A DNA stretch of 62,232 nt, from the NCBI RefSeq assembly GCF_000315625.1, contig NW_005434501.1, positions 1-62,232 of the forward strand, written 5' to 3'. Below, one piece after another: positions 24,749-37,516 of the stretch. The notes beneath the pieces were generated by a model. That model worked only from the letters and a program-made list of their open reading frames with translations. It was not told the DNA's origin and did no database searches. The DNA comes from Guillardia theta CCMP2712 (taxonomy: Eukaryota > Protista > Cryptophyta). Position numbers and translations under genes: made by a program. Every line of letters starts with the position of its first letter. Within the stretch, counting starts at the first letter, position 1.

Positions 24749-24765
24749 TTCATTGCCCAAGCAGC

Positions 24766-25243
24766 TCATGATGACACAACAATGAATCTCTTCCTCTTCG
24801 ACTCCCTCCTCCCTCCTCCCTCCTCCTCTTCTTGTGCCGATGAGCAACCAAGACGATCAGTCCCCTCCTTCACCAAGTCGTAGGCTGAAGACCGACGAAC
24901 TCTGAGCAGAGGAGGGGAAGAGAGGAATGAGGGAGAAGAAGAGAGAAGACGGAGAGGAGTCAGAAGACAGCAAGGGGAGCAGGTGCAGGTTGAACCTCCT
25001 TAATCCCTACAGCGACAGTTGGATCCTGTGGGGCAGAGCAAAGAGCGGAAGGCGAGCCTGCGGAAGAGATAAGAAGAAGAGGGAGAGGGATTAGTGGGAG
25101 AGTGGGGGGAGGGGAAGAGAATTAGGAGGACGAGGACGAGGAGGAGATTTGAGTTACTACCAGGAAGTTTGAGCGATGTCTCGTCGAGTATGGAGATGTC
25201 GGAGGAGAAGCTGCAGGTGAAGCCTTACGAGACGAGGTAGAGT

Positions 25244-25342
<99 letters not shown>

Positions 25343-25344
25343 AG

Positions 25345-25381
<37 letters not shown>

Positions 25382-28300
25382 AGCAGCAGCAGGTCACCAT
25401 CGGGGAGGCTCTTGGCTCTCGGCAGCATGGAGGAGGGTGAGTTTGTTCCTCTGCTGCTCGTCAGGCATCGCAAGTCGACCAGGCGGGCTCACCTGATGGT
25501 TGCGGAGGACGAGGACGGGATGCCTGCCTGCGTTGCCTGCAAGCCAACGAGGAGGAAGAGAATGAGAAAGAGACAAGGCCCGACGAGCAGGGAGCAGGGA
25601 GCAGGGAGCAGGGAGCAGGGAGCAGGGAGCAGGGAGCAGGGAGCAGGGAGCAGGGAGCAGGGAGCAGTGTGGAGCAATGGAGGATGAAACCTGCAGGAGA
25701 TATCCATGCAATTCTTCGTCGCTGATTGTCGATGATAAGCTCACCGAACTCATCTGAAGCAGATTGAGGTCCGCAGAGATGAAGAGGCGAAGTGAAACAC
25801 GAAGGAAGGCAGGAGGTGGGAGGTAGAAGGAGAGAGAGGAGGAGACGGACGGGAGGAGAGGCGGTTCATACCGGAGTCGTTATTCAAGTAAGCATGCGTC
25901 AGCTTCCCTGCAAGCAGTGCAGTGTCAATCAAAGTTTGAGCCTGCCCCCTCCTTCTCCGTTCCTCCTTCCATTTCCTCTTCTTCTCTTGTCTCCCTCCCC
26001 CTCACCTGTTATCAAGTCGTGCACCCCCACGCATCGATCTCCCACTGCAAAGGCAACCTGAAGGCTCTTGTCAACAGCGACGAGTGAAGAGGAGGAGGAG
26101 GCGAGACAAACAGCGCTAAAAAGGGACAGGAAAGGAGGGAGAGCGAGAGCAAGAGCGAGAGGAGCATGTATCGAGTAAGACAAGGGGCAAGGAACAACCA
26201 GTCTCTCTGCCATGGGTTCAAGCATGTAACTCCTCGGGGCGAGTTGATCAGGAGGAAGAATCTGCAAAGAAAAGAGGAGAGGAGGAGCGGGAGACGGATC
26301 AGAAACATTTTCAGGTCTTGAGATTTTCTCACATGCGTTCCCTCGCACCTCTCGCCCTCTGCTGTCAACATCGGCAACTTGCCCTCCACACATACCTGCC
26401 CATCAGCAGCATGAGGAGGAGGAGGAGGAGGAGGAGGAGGAGGAGGAGAGCAGAGCGAAAGGGAGAGGAACGAGGTGAAAGAAGGTGGTGGAATGTAGAA
26501 GCCGGAAATTTGGAAGGTAGGAGAGGAGCAGAGAGATGGTGAGGTGAGGTGGGGGGAGAGGAGAGGTCGACGAAGGAAGAAGGGACGAGGATAAGAGGAA
26601 GGGTCAAAGAAGCTGAATGTGGCAATGTCGAGACAAGGAAGGCAAAAGGAATACAAGGAGCACAACGCAGTGATAGAAAATGAAGAATGGTAGGGAGGAC
26701 ACGAAAGCGGGAGGAGGGAGGAGGGAGGAGGGAGGAGGGAGGAGGGAGGAGGGAGGAGGACGCACAGTGGTGAGGGTTGTTGGCTCTTTGGTGCACAAGC
26801 TGAGCACGGAAAGCTGAGGTTTGATTGCTCGGATGTCCCAGACCTGAAGGGCAATAAGAGAAAGAGAACGAGGAGGAGGGGAGAGGAGGAAGTGAAGGGG
26901 AAGGGAGAAAGAGAAGGGGGAGGGGACAGAAGGGGAAGGAGCGAAGGGGTAGAGATGAGGAGGAAAGAAGAAAGAGAGGAGGAGAGGAGAAGGGAAGAGG
27001 CTCTCCTACATGAACGAATCCCTCGGTGGTGCCACAAACAAGCGTTTGTTGGTCTCTCATCATCGTAGTGTAGCAGATGCCCCCGTTGCTCTGCACAAGA
27101 GCATGAATCACGTTCTTTTCTCTTGCCCCTCCCTCCTCCTGCTCCGCCTCCTCCCCCACTCCTCCCCACCTCATGCTCCTCCTCCACCACCACCACCACC
27201 ACCACCACCACCACCACCACCTCCTCCTCCTCCTCCTCCTCCTCCTCTTCCTACTTGCTTCAGAACTCCCTTTGGACTCTTCGGGGATCGCGGATCCCAT
27301 AGCAGTACACACCCGCTCTGAGTTCCTCCAGCTACCATGGAGGAGGAGAGGAAGCAGAAGTCGAGCAGCCCGCCATGCCCCTGCGACAACTTCAGGTGAT
27401 CCGGCAGGAGACAGGAGGACGAGAAGACAAGAGAGGAGAGAGGAAGGGAGGGTGGAACGAAGAGACGAGAAGAGGAAGGAAGGAGGGTGGAACGAAGAGA
27501 CGAGAAGAGGAAGGAAGGAGGGTGGAACGAAGAGACGAGAAGAGGAAGGAAGGAGGGTGGAACGCAGAGACGAGAAGAGGAAGGAAGGAGGGTGGAACGC
27601 AGAGACGAGAAGAGGAAGGAAGGAGGGTGGAACGAAGAGACGAGAAGAGGAAGGAAGGAGGGTGGAACGAAGAGACGAGAAGAGGAAGGAAGGAGGGTGG
27701 AACGAAGAGACGAGAAGAGGAAGGAAGGAGGGTGGAACGAAGAGACGAGAAGAGGAAGGAAGGAGGGTGGAACGAAGAGACGAGAAGAGGAAGGAAGGAG
27801 GGTGGAACGAAGAGACGAGAAGAGGAAGGAAGGAGGGTGGAACGAAGAGACGAGAAGAGGAAGGAAGGAGGGTGGAACGAAGAGACGAGAAGAGGAAGGA
27901 AGGAGGGTGGAACGATTGAGGAGGAGGAGAGTGGAGCAAGTTGAGGTTCAAGAATACCAAGAAGGGGGAGGAAAGGGGGCAAGAGGATGGTAGGGGAAGG
28001 AAGCGAGGGAAGAGGAGAGAAGAGCGGGCAAAGCAAGAAGGGAAGGGACAAGGACCTGTCCTGATCGATGAGACAAGATTGTCGTAGGTTCGCATCTAAA
28101 CCACTGAATGTCATGAATGGAGACGAAAGTAGCCAGGGAAGAAACAACATGATAGGAGGAGGAGACGAGGAGGAGGAGATGAGGAGGAGGAGACGAGGAG
28201 GAGGAGACGAGGAGGAGGAGACGAGGAGGAGGAGACGAGGAGGAGGAGGGTAAACATGTTACCTTCTTCTGTTTGCGCTCCCGCACACTTTCATGTCGTA

Positions 28301-29309
28301 CGTATGGACCTCGTCGCTTGCGCGGGAACTCACGCCAACCTCGTTGCGGTTCAACGGATTCCAGTGCGCTGCATCAATCGTCCTCCTCCCCTCCACGTCC
28401 CTCACAGCGTTGAGAGAGCAGCAGCGACCAGCCTTGTCCCACTCATCCACGTAGCGATTCGAAGTCGCGTGAGACTTGAAGATGAGCAGCTGACCGCTTC
28501 CTCGTCCGCACAACAGGTACTCGGAGCTCGGGTTGAACTCCAGGCTGGTGAAGCGGGAGGAGGAAGCAACGTGGGAGGGAGGGCTGGAGTGGACGAGGGC
28601 CTTGCGACAAGATCTCAAGGAGCGAATCCATATCTTCTCAGAGAACAGACCGTCGGCATATCCAGTGCATTCTCTCTTGAGGATCTTCCTTGAATATCGG
28701 CACGTCTGCTCTCCTCCCAGAAACTCCTTTGAGGTCTTCACGTCCCTCCTCTTTACTAGCCCTTCCTCCAGCTCCCCAGCTTCGCCCCCCTCGTTCTCCT
28801 TGTCTCCTCCCTTCACAATGGTCAGGACCTTCTGCCATGTCTCCTCGCTGATCTCTGCTCCTTCATTGGTCGCCATGTAGTGACCGTCATCGAACGTCCG
28901 ATAGACCATCCCTACTGCCTCCAGCGCATGCAGACTTCTGCTGACTGCTGGGACGAGTTGTTGCGGTCGTAGATGCCCGATAGCCTGTGCGATGCGGAAG
29001 CTGGACACGCCGAGTTTGTGGAAGGGATGGAGAGGCTTGTGCTTACTGGAAGAGGCAAAGAAAGTAAGTCAACCATGAGAAACATTGCTCGGAAGTCTTA
29101 CCTTGTGCTCGAGTTCTGTTCTTGCACGTCGGACAAGGAGGAGGAGGTCGAGGAGGAGGAGGAGGAGGAGGAGGAGGAAGAAGGAGGTCGAGGGAGGGAA
29201 GGAGAAGCAGATGTGTTGCGTGTATGGAAGAGGAGGAGGAGGAGGAGGCAGCTGAAAGCCGGCATAGCAGGCTGTACGTTCGCCTTAGCGCTTCCTCATC
29301 GCTCAGCAT
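24766..29309 (-). CDS. WD40-repeat protein with N-terminal winged-helix-like segment (spliced); 3' end approximate
   Basis: FTSLEFNPSSEYLLCG, VAGGTQSGCVLLWDPR, LVCGTTEGFVHVWDIR; N-terminal LEAVGMVYRTFDDGHYMAT. Confidence 0.8.
25244..25392. repeat. (CAG/CAA)n microsatellite, intronic
   Basis: About 49 triplets. Confidence 0.95.
27446..27914. repeat. 35-bp polypurine minisatellite, intronic
   Basis: About 13 copies of GGAACGAAGAGACGAGAAGAGGAAGGAAGGAGGGT. Confidence 0.95.
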
Positions 29310-29982
29310 GGCGGTGAGGTGCCTCAGAGGGGAAGTTTATCGGAGATTGAGATAGGGTGGGTACTGCTCAGAGGTATTGGTTCATCGTTGGTAGTTGTAC
29401 TACCGGTTCAATTTCAATTGTAAGTACCCGTGAATGTAGATTTCAGATGCTTTATGAGGGGTACTTGTGAAGGGTGGGTAGGTGTTCAAAAGTTGAGATG
29501 GGTGGGTGGTGCAAGAATTTGGAGGGAAGTTTCAAGTCCTTCGGAAGGATCAGGTGGGTGGGGTGATATCACCCACGGTACAAAATAGTTTGAATATTAG
29601 CTCAAATTAGGGGTACTCTTTGGAGAGTGACTGGTGGACGAGGGGTAGCGGCCCAGCAGCTTGCTTCAATGGAAACAGCGGCCGAGCAGTCCTAGCAATG
29701 ATGCGGCGAAGCATGATGAGAGAGGAGAGAGGCAGGCAGGCCAGGGTCACCAGCAGAGGGGAGCACCTTTCACCAAGCAACGGAGTTGGGGGGCGGGGCA
29801 GGCGTATGGCGGGGCGCTGGTTGATAGTACGAAGTCTCCGCAAGATCTCAAAACTTATATCCCTCGACATACTCGGAAAGGCCCATCGCTGAAGTAAGCA
29901 ACGCGATCATAACTGCTCGAAACGTTGAACGGCAGACGGATTGGCACAGGTGGACCATGAGGACAACATTATTCATTAGTAG

Positions 29983-31502
29983 TTATGTACATTCATCTCC
30001 TGTAGTCAGTGAGCTTCTACTCGAATCTAAACTCGCTTCTGAGAAGTTCCCCTCCTTGATGAGACCAAACTTTCTCTGTAGTTCTTCGATTCCACGGCGA
30101 TAGTCTCCGACCTGTCATGGCGTCAGCTTCTCCTACACCTACAGCTGCATGCTTACAGTCTTTCGATACTGAGCCAAGGCGGAAGTCGGTCGATTGCTTT
30201 GAGGCTGTTTAGTAGCATGTGTGGCGAGACTGGGAAGCAAGGAAAGTTACAACAAGAGGAATCAGCAGGAGTCTGAGTGACCTCGTCATGGGTCGATTTT
30301 GACTGTCTGTGATGGTAGCGAAACCAGCGATATCGAAGTCTGGCACGCTGCTCTCATCGGACCTGAAGGCATGGGCTGTGTGCGGTCGAACGCTAGGAGA
30401 CGTCCTCTCGTTCGGACTGCCTTCCGCAGCAAAAGCATCAGCCCCAGATCCCAACAGCTCGAGCTCAGGGCCCCTCAGGTCATCCGCGCCGTCGGACAGG
30501 AACGTCTCGTTGAGCCGCTCGTCTGTGAGAGTCCCCTTGGAGGCCATGGGAGAAGTTCGTGCCCGGTTGCAGAGACAGCACACCCCAAGGTACTGCGCAG
30601 CCGCGATACCTGACCCTCGAGGAGTCTCCTGCTTCCAGACCATGTCTTCCGTCTGGCAAGAGACATCTGTAGTGCAACGTCACGTGTTGGGAGACGCTAC
30701 GGGCAAGAGCAAGCGACCTCGGCACGCTGAGCAGAACTGGTTGTCTGCTGCATCGAAGTTCTCCTGTGATGGATCAAACTTGATCTGACCGAAATGAAGT
30801 CACGCTCTAGATCGGAGTGGATTTGAATAGTGGAGTCTCGTACATTGTTCCGATGCATCCAGTCAACGATTTTCGAGCATGTTGCTGCATGCGACTTACT
30901 CTCACTCTCACTGCAGAAGTGAACGAGCCTCTTTCGTACCTCAGATCGCTTTCTTCGACATCTTTCCTGCTCTAGTTCATTGTAGGCTCTGACCAGCTCC
31001 TCCATCAACTTGCCAGTCTCTAATGCGCTTCCTTTCTCAGCTGAAGATCGCTCAGGAGCTTTGAAACCGATCAGTTGTCGTGACCGAAAGCGAGGAGGGA
31101 TTTCACCTCGCGTTCCTTCATCTTCGCGCTTCTCGTCCCTGCTTCTTGGGAAGAACACTACCTCGTTTGTGCTCAAGCCATGCACTGCATTGCCCTTGCA
31201 TTCAAAACAAAGTCAAAATAGAAGCTTATTCGCACTGATCATAATGACTACACACACACCAGCAGAGTTTGTAGAGCAGCCATAGAGCCTTTCTCTTCGT
31301 CATTACTCGACCTTGGGCTGTTCTCTGCAGGAAACTCAATCGCACCTGGCGAGTGGTCCTGATCAACATCAACTCACCGCTGTTGGATGATGCTGGTCTG
31401 CTGCTGGTAGTTGTTGTCCTCAGTCTCGCATTTCTCACAGGGTCTCCTCCCTTTCTCTCGCCATCTCGCAGCCCCGGCGGCTGGGGCACCTGCCCAGCCA
31501 TG
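29983..31502 (-). CDS. Hypothetical coiled-coil protein (spliced)
   Basis: Consecutive minus-strand ORFs 31226-31516, 30697-31185, 30209-30643 and a terminal exon DYRRGIEELQRKFGLIKE..ECT*. Confidence 0.55.
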
Positions 31503-31579
31503 TTCCGAACGCGCACGGATACTCACCACGGGTACTGGCGGATACTGGCGGATACTCTGAGGCAGGCTCATCAGTGATG

Positions 31580-32270
31580 GTTACCAAATGACCCTACCCC
31601 TCAAATGTCCAGAAATCTCTGGGGTACCTGTTGGATTTAAGGGTGGGGTAGGATTTCAGATCATCAAGAGGGGTGGTTTGGTATTAGGCTGATCCAAATG
31701 AAAGAGGGAGAGGGGGTACCCTGGTGGATCTCCAAGGAACAGGGTAGGGTGTGTGTTTCTTCAAGTGTGGGGTAGTCCGGATACGTGGTGGGCCAGCAAA
31801 GATTGTCCGGGGTGGGTAGTTTATGACATGGGGTGATTTGGTGATCGAAGTACCGGGTTGTCGCCCCTCCGTGGAGGAGGGTGGGTGAGGAAAAGATGAG
31901 GAGCACATGATCATTTCGCATTTGGGGAGGGTAGGGTACATTCTACAATGGAGTGGGTAGGGGTACAAACCACTGGGTGGTAGGGTGCTGACATCACATG
32001 GGGGTACAATGGCCAGGGTGGGGTGGAACAGGGGTCGAGGTTGCCATCATCCCTAAACCACGGGTGGTGAATATAGTGAACACGAAAGTAGGTGGGGTGA
32101 TCCCAGCCAATACGGGTGTGATGATCCAGATGTACAGTATTGTAGTGGGTAGGGGTGATCAAGATGGGGTGATGGGTTTATAGGAAACCGGGGTGAATTC
32201 GGATTCGGGGGGTAGGGGGTTCAATAAAGGGGGTGGGCACCGGGGGTAGGTGTGGATGGTGGATTGAATG
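31580..32270. promoter_or_regulatory. GGGT-rich intergenic tract
   Basis: Dozens of GGGT/GGGGT words on one strand over about 700 bp, upstream of divergent genes. Confidence 0.5.
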
Positions 32271-33163
32271 AACAGGGGCGGCAGGGAGTGCGCAGGAGAG
32301 GATGGAGGAGGCAGAGGAACAGGAAAGAGACTGGCTCCAAGCCTTCAGAATTATGGCTTCAAGAGGATGAGGACGGTTCTTTGAGTATTGTGAAGAAATA
32401 GACGATGGCAGGTTGCAGAGTGACTAATTTGGGGAATTGCGCCTGAAATAATCTAGGCAGGGATCAGAGGTATATTAGTTGATCTGCTACTAGCAGACAG
32501 GTGAAACGAGATGTACTTTGATGTTTTGGTATCAAAAATGATGGGTCAAGCTAAGGATAAGAATGATAGCTGCAGACATCAAGTGCATTGGTAGGGATGT
32601 AGCTTACGACTGTTACATATTTACTCGGAGAGATTGAAGGAAGGAGGCTGAAAACTGCCACGCAAGAGAAGAAGAGCATTGCCTCAGTGATATGATGTAC
32701 TCGTCTTGTACATCAATGACTGTAACGGGCGGATTGTACTGAGTCTTTCAACCAGTCCCTTGCAATACAGTTTTTTGATGTACAGCTCGTATTTGTCTTA
32801 TTTCGTTGCCAGCTGTAAATGTGAGAAAGATGTTGATAAATAGAGGAGTCAGAGCTATAATCATGATGTGAGTTTCAGAGGATATTCTGTATTAATGTGG
32901 ATAGATTGGGTTGGATTGTGGTCATTAGAATTGTAGCTGTGAGGCCTAACGTGCAACATGTGCTGAGATAGGACAAAAAAACCACCAGTGATTTCAAGAA
33001 TGCGCAATCAAACATGTTTCTCTAAGTCTCTTTGCATCTATAGGTGCAAGTTGTGAGGATCTCCTTGCAGATGGAGGCTCTGTTGGAGCAAAGGCACATT
33101 TGAGAAGCTCTCCTTGATTTTTACACTCTTTCTGCATTGGATAGCTTCGAGTAATTTAGAAGG

Positions 33164-34836
33164 ATGAGAAGGACAGTAACTTTGATCACATTGTATCTGC
33201 TTGGTTATGTTCAGGAGGGACACACATTCCCTATGACGTCAAGCTTCGCACCCTCTTGCACTAATGACAGGACGCACCCTACGTGTTTCTCAGCAAGGGT
33301 GAACATATGCAAACAAAGTCGTCGCCATCAATATTCTGGAGTGAAACCAGGTGTACTTTATCAGCGTATGTTGGATGAAAGTGGAGAATGGTTCAATGCC
33401 GACTTGGTAGCCAAGATGAACTTGAAGAATAGAAGTCCTCCTGCGAGCAAGCCAATTTTAAGTTCAGGGACTCTGGGATGGGGATGGTACTCTGCAATGA
33501 GTACTGAAGGAAAAGGCAAGGGTACACAGGTATAGCTGTTCCTTTGTCCTTGCTTTTCAAATTGATCACAAACGTTTCCGCGAAAGGTTGGAGGAAGCAG
33601 TAATCAGGACTCAATGGCTGCTGTATCCTTAGGAACTATGGTAAGTCCAAAAATTCTTTTCGTGCCTATTCAAGTCGTTAAACTCTATTCAAGGATTTGT
33701 TTGGTATATTTGATGGGCACGGAGAGTTTGGCCACAAGGTACTGCTGTATTCGGCTTGCTGTTACAGGGTTGTTCACGTAGCTTTCAAGGTTTCTGCATA
33801 CGTAGCCAACAATCTTCCCGATCAAATTCGAAAGCGAGTGCCAGATATCGAGAGGGCAGGGATGGATGAAGGGAGAGCAACCCCACCGCTGCAGGAGGCC
33901 TTCAGAGAAACGCATCAAAGTCTGCTGGAGCAGAAGAAGTTCGACACATTTCTTTCGGGAAGCACTTGCATCGTTGTCCTCGTTGCCGGTGAAGCGAATC
34001 AGAAGCGAATTATTGTTGCGAATGCAGGCGATTGTAGATGTATTGTATGTACGGAAGGCTGGGGTGGAAAGCTCATAACAACCCAAATCTCAGTGGATCA
34101 AAGTCCTGACCGGCCAGATGAAAGGAAAAGGATCGAGAAGAATGGAGGGATAGTCGGAATGGTGGATGTCACTCTGGATAAACCGGTAGTGATCTCAGTA
34201 GAAGCGGCGGCCAAGAAAGGAGCTGACCTGGGCCCGGCAAGAGTTTTCTGGCCCGACGGTTCATGGGAGCCTCCCTTCGATTCTTGCTTTCCTGGTTTAG
34301 CTATGAGCCGATCGTTGGGGGACAGCGTACTGGATGATCTAGGAGTGTTTCCAGATCCAGAAGTGTACACGAGGGCAGTGAAACCCAAGGATCGATTTCT
34401 TGTCATTGCTTCTGATGGAGTTTGGCAAGGTCGAGCATCCATCTTCTCATCAAGTGGATAACACTTGCCTCTGCAGTTATGAGTAACGAAGAAGTCTCGG
34501 CTGTCGTCAACTCCTGCAATGGTGATGCTGATCAAGCTTGTAAGGTATGAGACGCAATATTTTGAATCTTGTTTGTTTGTTGTAATTCTCATCTCAGGCG
34601 ATCTACGATCGTGAGATTAAGATTGCATTGCTACCGTCCAACGCTAATATGTTACGTTCTGTTTTAGGTGCAGCTCAGAAGTGGGAAGCAGAAGAGCATG
34701 AAGGCGACGGGTTTGGGTGAGATTGTGATTTCAGTTGCCATGTGTCTTCACCACGTGCCGCTGAACGGATCGCGTCCTTGACAGGTATCGTGATGACATC
34801 TCAAGTTTCGTGATCTTTTTCGGAGGGGCAAAGTAA
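33164..34836 (+). CDS. PP2C (PPM) protein phosphatase with N-terminal signal/transit-like leader
   Basis: NQDS, LFGIFDGHG, SGSTC, VANAGDCR, GLAMSRSLGD, FLVIASDGVW, RDDIS. Confidence 0.95.
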
Positions 34837-34959
34837 ATTTCTCGGGCGTTGTTTGTGATGAGCTGGAATACAATCGAGATGGAACGACTGTAGTGCTTCC
34901 TCTTTCCCCGCATGACACCACCACCAGTCGTCTTGACTTCTTGAAATAGAAAGCGAATG

Positions 34960-37420
34960 TGCACAAGATTATGACGTGTAGATCTTGAGGACCTGCCGAA
35001 CTTCGCTGGAACATCGAGGACAGTGTGCTACTTCTCTCTCTTCCTGCAGCTTCGCTGCACACTCTAGACAGCACACCTGACTCTTGTGAGCTGAGTTGCA
35101 AGGAAGAAACGCTACCTGGTGGTTGCAGTCGAGGAGGACGCAGTTGCAAGCGTTGCTCTCGCACAGGCAGCACAGGCGCCGAACAGCATCGGGTGGGAGA
35201 TAATGCCGAGAGCTGCCGGTAAGAGCCTAGCAGATGCTGAGTCACTCGCGAACAAGGGGACGAGTTGGGCCATGGAAGGTGGGAGGAGGGCAAGAAGCGC
35301 AGGAGAGATGAAAGACAAAAGAAGAGGCGGGGGGGGGAGGGTGAGGATGCTGGTCTGACCTCTTGGATGAGTTGACGATGGATGGTGCGATTGACTCGAG
35401 CATGGAAGAGATTCAGGGCCTTGAGCCATGCGGACCAGGCGAGGAAGAGAAGCCCAATGACGAGTAGAGCCTGCTGGATGTGACTACCCCTCCCTTCCCC
35501 TCCCTCCCCCACTACTCCTTCCCCGCCCTTCACTCCCTTCCTGTCCCCTCCCTCTCTTCTACTCCTTGCCTCCCCTCCCGTTCCTCTCGCACCTTCCCTC
35601 GTCGCATGTGCTCCTGGGCACTCGCCTCTAGACCCTCCACGACTTCCTCCACGTTGCGCTGAGGGGAAATGAGGGAGGAGGTGAGACTGGAGGAGGAGAC
35701 TCTTACCGCGTCAACCAAGAAACAACCCTCCAGGCTCTTCTCCGTCGGAGCTCGCAACACGACCCGCAGGTACCGTTCGCCTGCCCCATCCCAAGGCTGT
35801 AAGGAGAGCTCCCCGACCGCTGTGACCTGTACAAATTCATTCACTCGCCTCGTTCTCCTCCCTCGGCCTCTGACCTCTTGCCCGACCACGAGCGCATCCT
35901 CCATAACCTGACGCATGCTCTCACTTGTGCTCGAGCCGATGCTCGCTCCGCACCTTCATGAGAGATTGAGGGCCGTAGAAGGGGACGCGGTACGTCTTGG
36001 AGCTGATGTTGGTTAGCCCGTACTGGTTGGCAAGCCAGCCGTCAGCTGGGACGGGAGCAGGCACACCTCACCTCACAACCCAGCAGGACGTTTGCGCATG
36101 TTTGGCATCCTGCCCCAGGATCTGAGCAGAGGAGGAAGGGAACTTCGCTAGTCTCGTCGACTATCTCGTTCCATGTGATGCTGCTGACGTCGAACAAGGA
36201 GGTCCACCAGTCTGCCGTTGGAGTCTTCGGGCCACTCCCGTCAGACTCTCTTTGCTCAAGGGGCGGGGCTCACCATGGAGATCCGCTGCTGGTAGACCGC
36301 TGCTTGTTTCCCGCAGCTCAGACGCAGCGGGAGATCACAGGAGACGAAAGCTCGGAAGACAGCAAAGACCTCGAGACAAGTCAGAGGAGAAGACGAGCCA
36401 TGAAAATCGAACAGAGATGCTCTTGCCAGCATCCTTTGCCGTCCTGCAGCAAGGAGTCACGAGCTCGGCACTAGCTTGCCCCTCCTCACCTCAGTTCTGC
36501 GATCACGTCCTCCAGCCTCCTGCTCGCTGTTACCCGGACGATGCTGGCAATCCTACAAGCTAGTGAGGAGGAGGAGGCTTCTTGCTCTTGCTACCTTAGT
36601 AATCGACGGCCATGGGCCAACAGGAAGGCGCCTAAAGTCCCACAGGCGAACCTGACGGATGGAAGGTGAGGAGACGAGAGGCGAGGCAGACAACATGAGG
36701 AAACGTGAGAAGCGCTGAACGAGGGGGGAGGAGGGAACGATGATGCAGGAGGAGAGGGGAAGTCTGCGGCTGATGGGGCGAGGAGCAGATGACATGAAGA
36801 GGGATGAGGAAGGAGATATGAGATGAAGGAAGAGGAGAGGAGAGGAGGAGGAGGAGAGAGGAGGAGGAGAGGGGGTGGGGGGTTAGGGGAGCAAGAGAGG
36901 AGAGGATGAGGGGGAGGAGGAGGAGGAGGATAAGGAGAGGACATGACGTTAGAGGTCTCCAGCATGAAGTCGCTCGTAGTACCCGAAACTTGTCGCTGGA
37001 TGCTCCCCGATGATGCTGAGAAGCGACAGGGGACGCGGCATGGCATGTCGGGGGCACAGGAAACCAGCCCGCCTCAGACACCTTAGGCTATGGCGGGAGT
37101 CGATCACAACACAAAGAGTGAAGGACAGGGAGGGAGGGGGGAGGAGAAGGAGGGGAGAGGAGAGGAACGAGGAGAAGGAGAGAGAGGAGGAGATAGAGGA
37201 GAGGAAAGAAAGAAGGGAAGAGACTGAGAGTGAGGTCGACGCCATGCAGTGGGTTGGAAATAGAGCAAAAGCGCAATCAGGAGAAACAAAGAGGAAGAGG
37301 AGGCAGAGGAGAATGAGAGTAGCACGGGATACGAGGGAGAGAGACAGGGAGGAAAAGCAGGGTTAGGTTGAACGAGGACTGGAGGATGGGAAGAGACAGC
37401 GAAGCTGCCGATCTGTTGCA
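34960..37420 (-). CDS. Hypothetical multi-exon protein with C-terminal hydrophobic segments; ends uncertain
   Basis: Complex exon-like islands between SSR introns (VRLWDFRRLPVGPWP; YGLTNISSKTYRVPFYGP; ALLVIGLLFLAWSAW). Confidence 0.5.
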
Positions 37421-37516
37421 GGAAAGTTTGTGGAGAGGAGGGAGGGGAGGAGCAAGCACAAAGAGAACTCGATCGAGGTGACAAGAAAGCAGATTCAAGA
37501 CGATCTGAACAAGACG

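Noticed and set aside
25122-28150. Long poly-Cys, poly-Leu and repeat ORFs (up to 576 aa)
   Set aside because: Stop-free readings of intronic micro- and minisatellites; only short embedded exons are coding
29607-29897. Small gene between the WD40 and coiled-coil genes
   Set aside because: Short ORFs on both strands with no motif or consistent splice model
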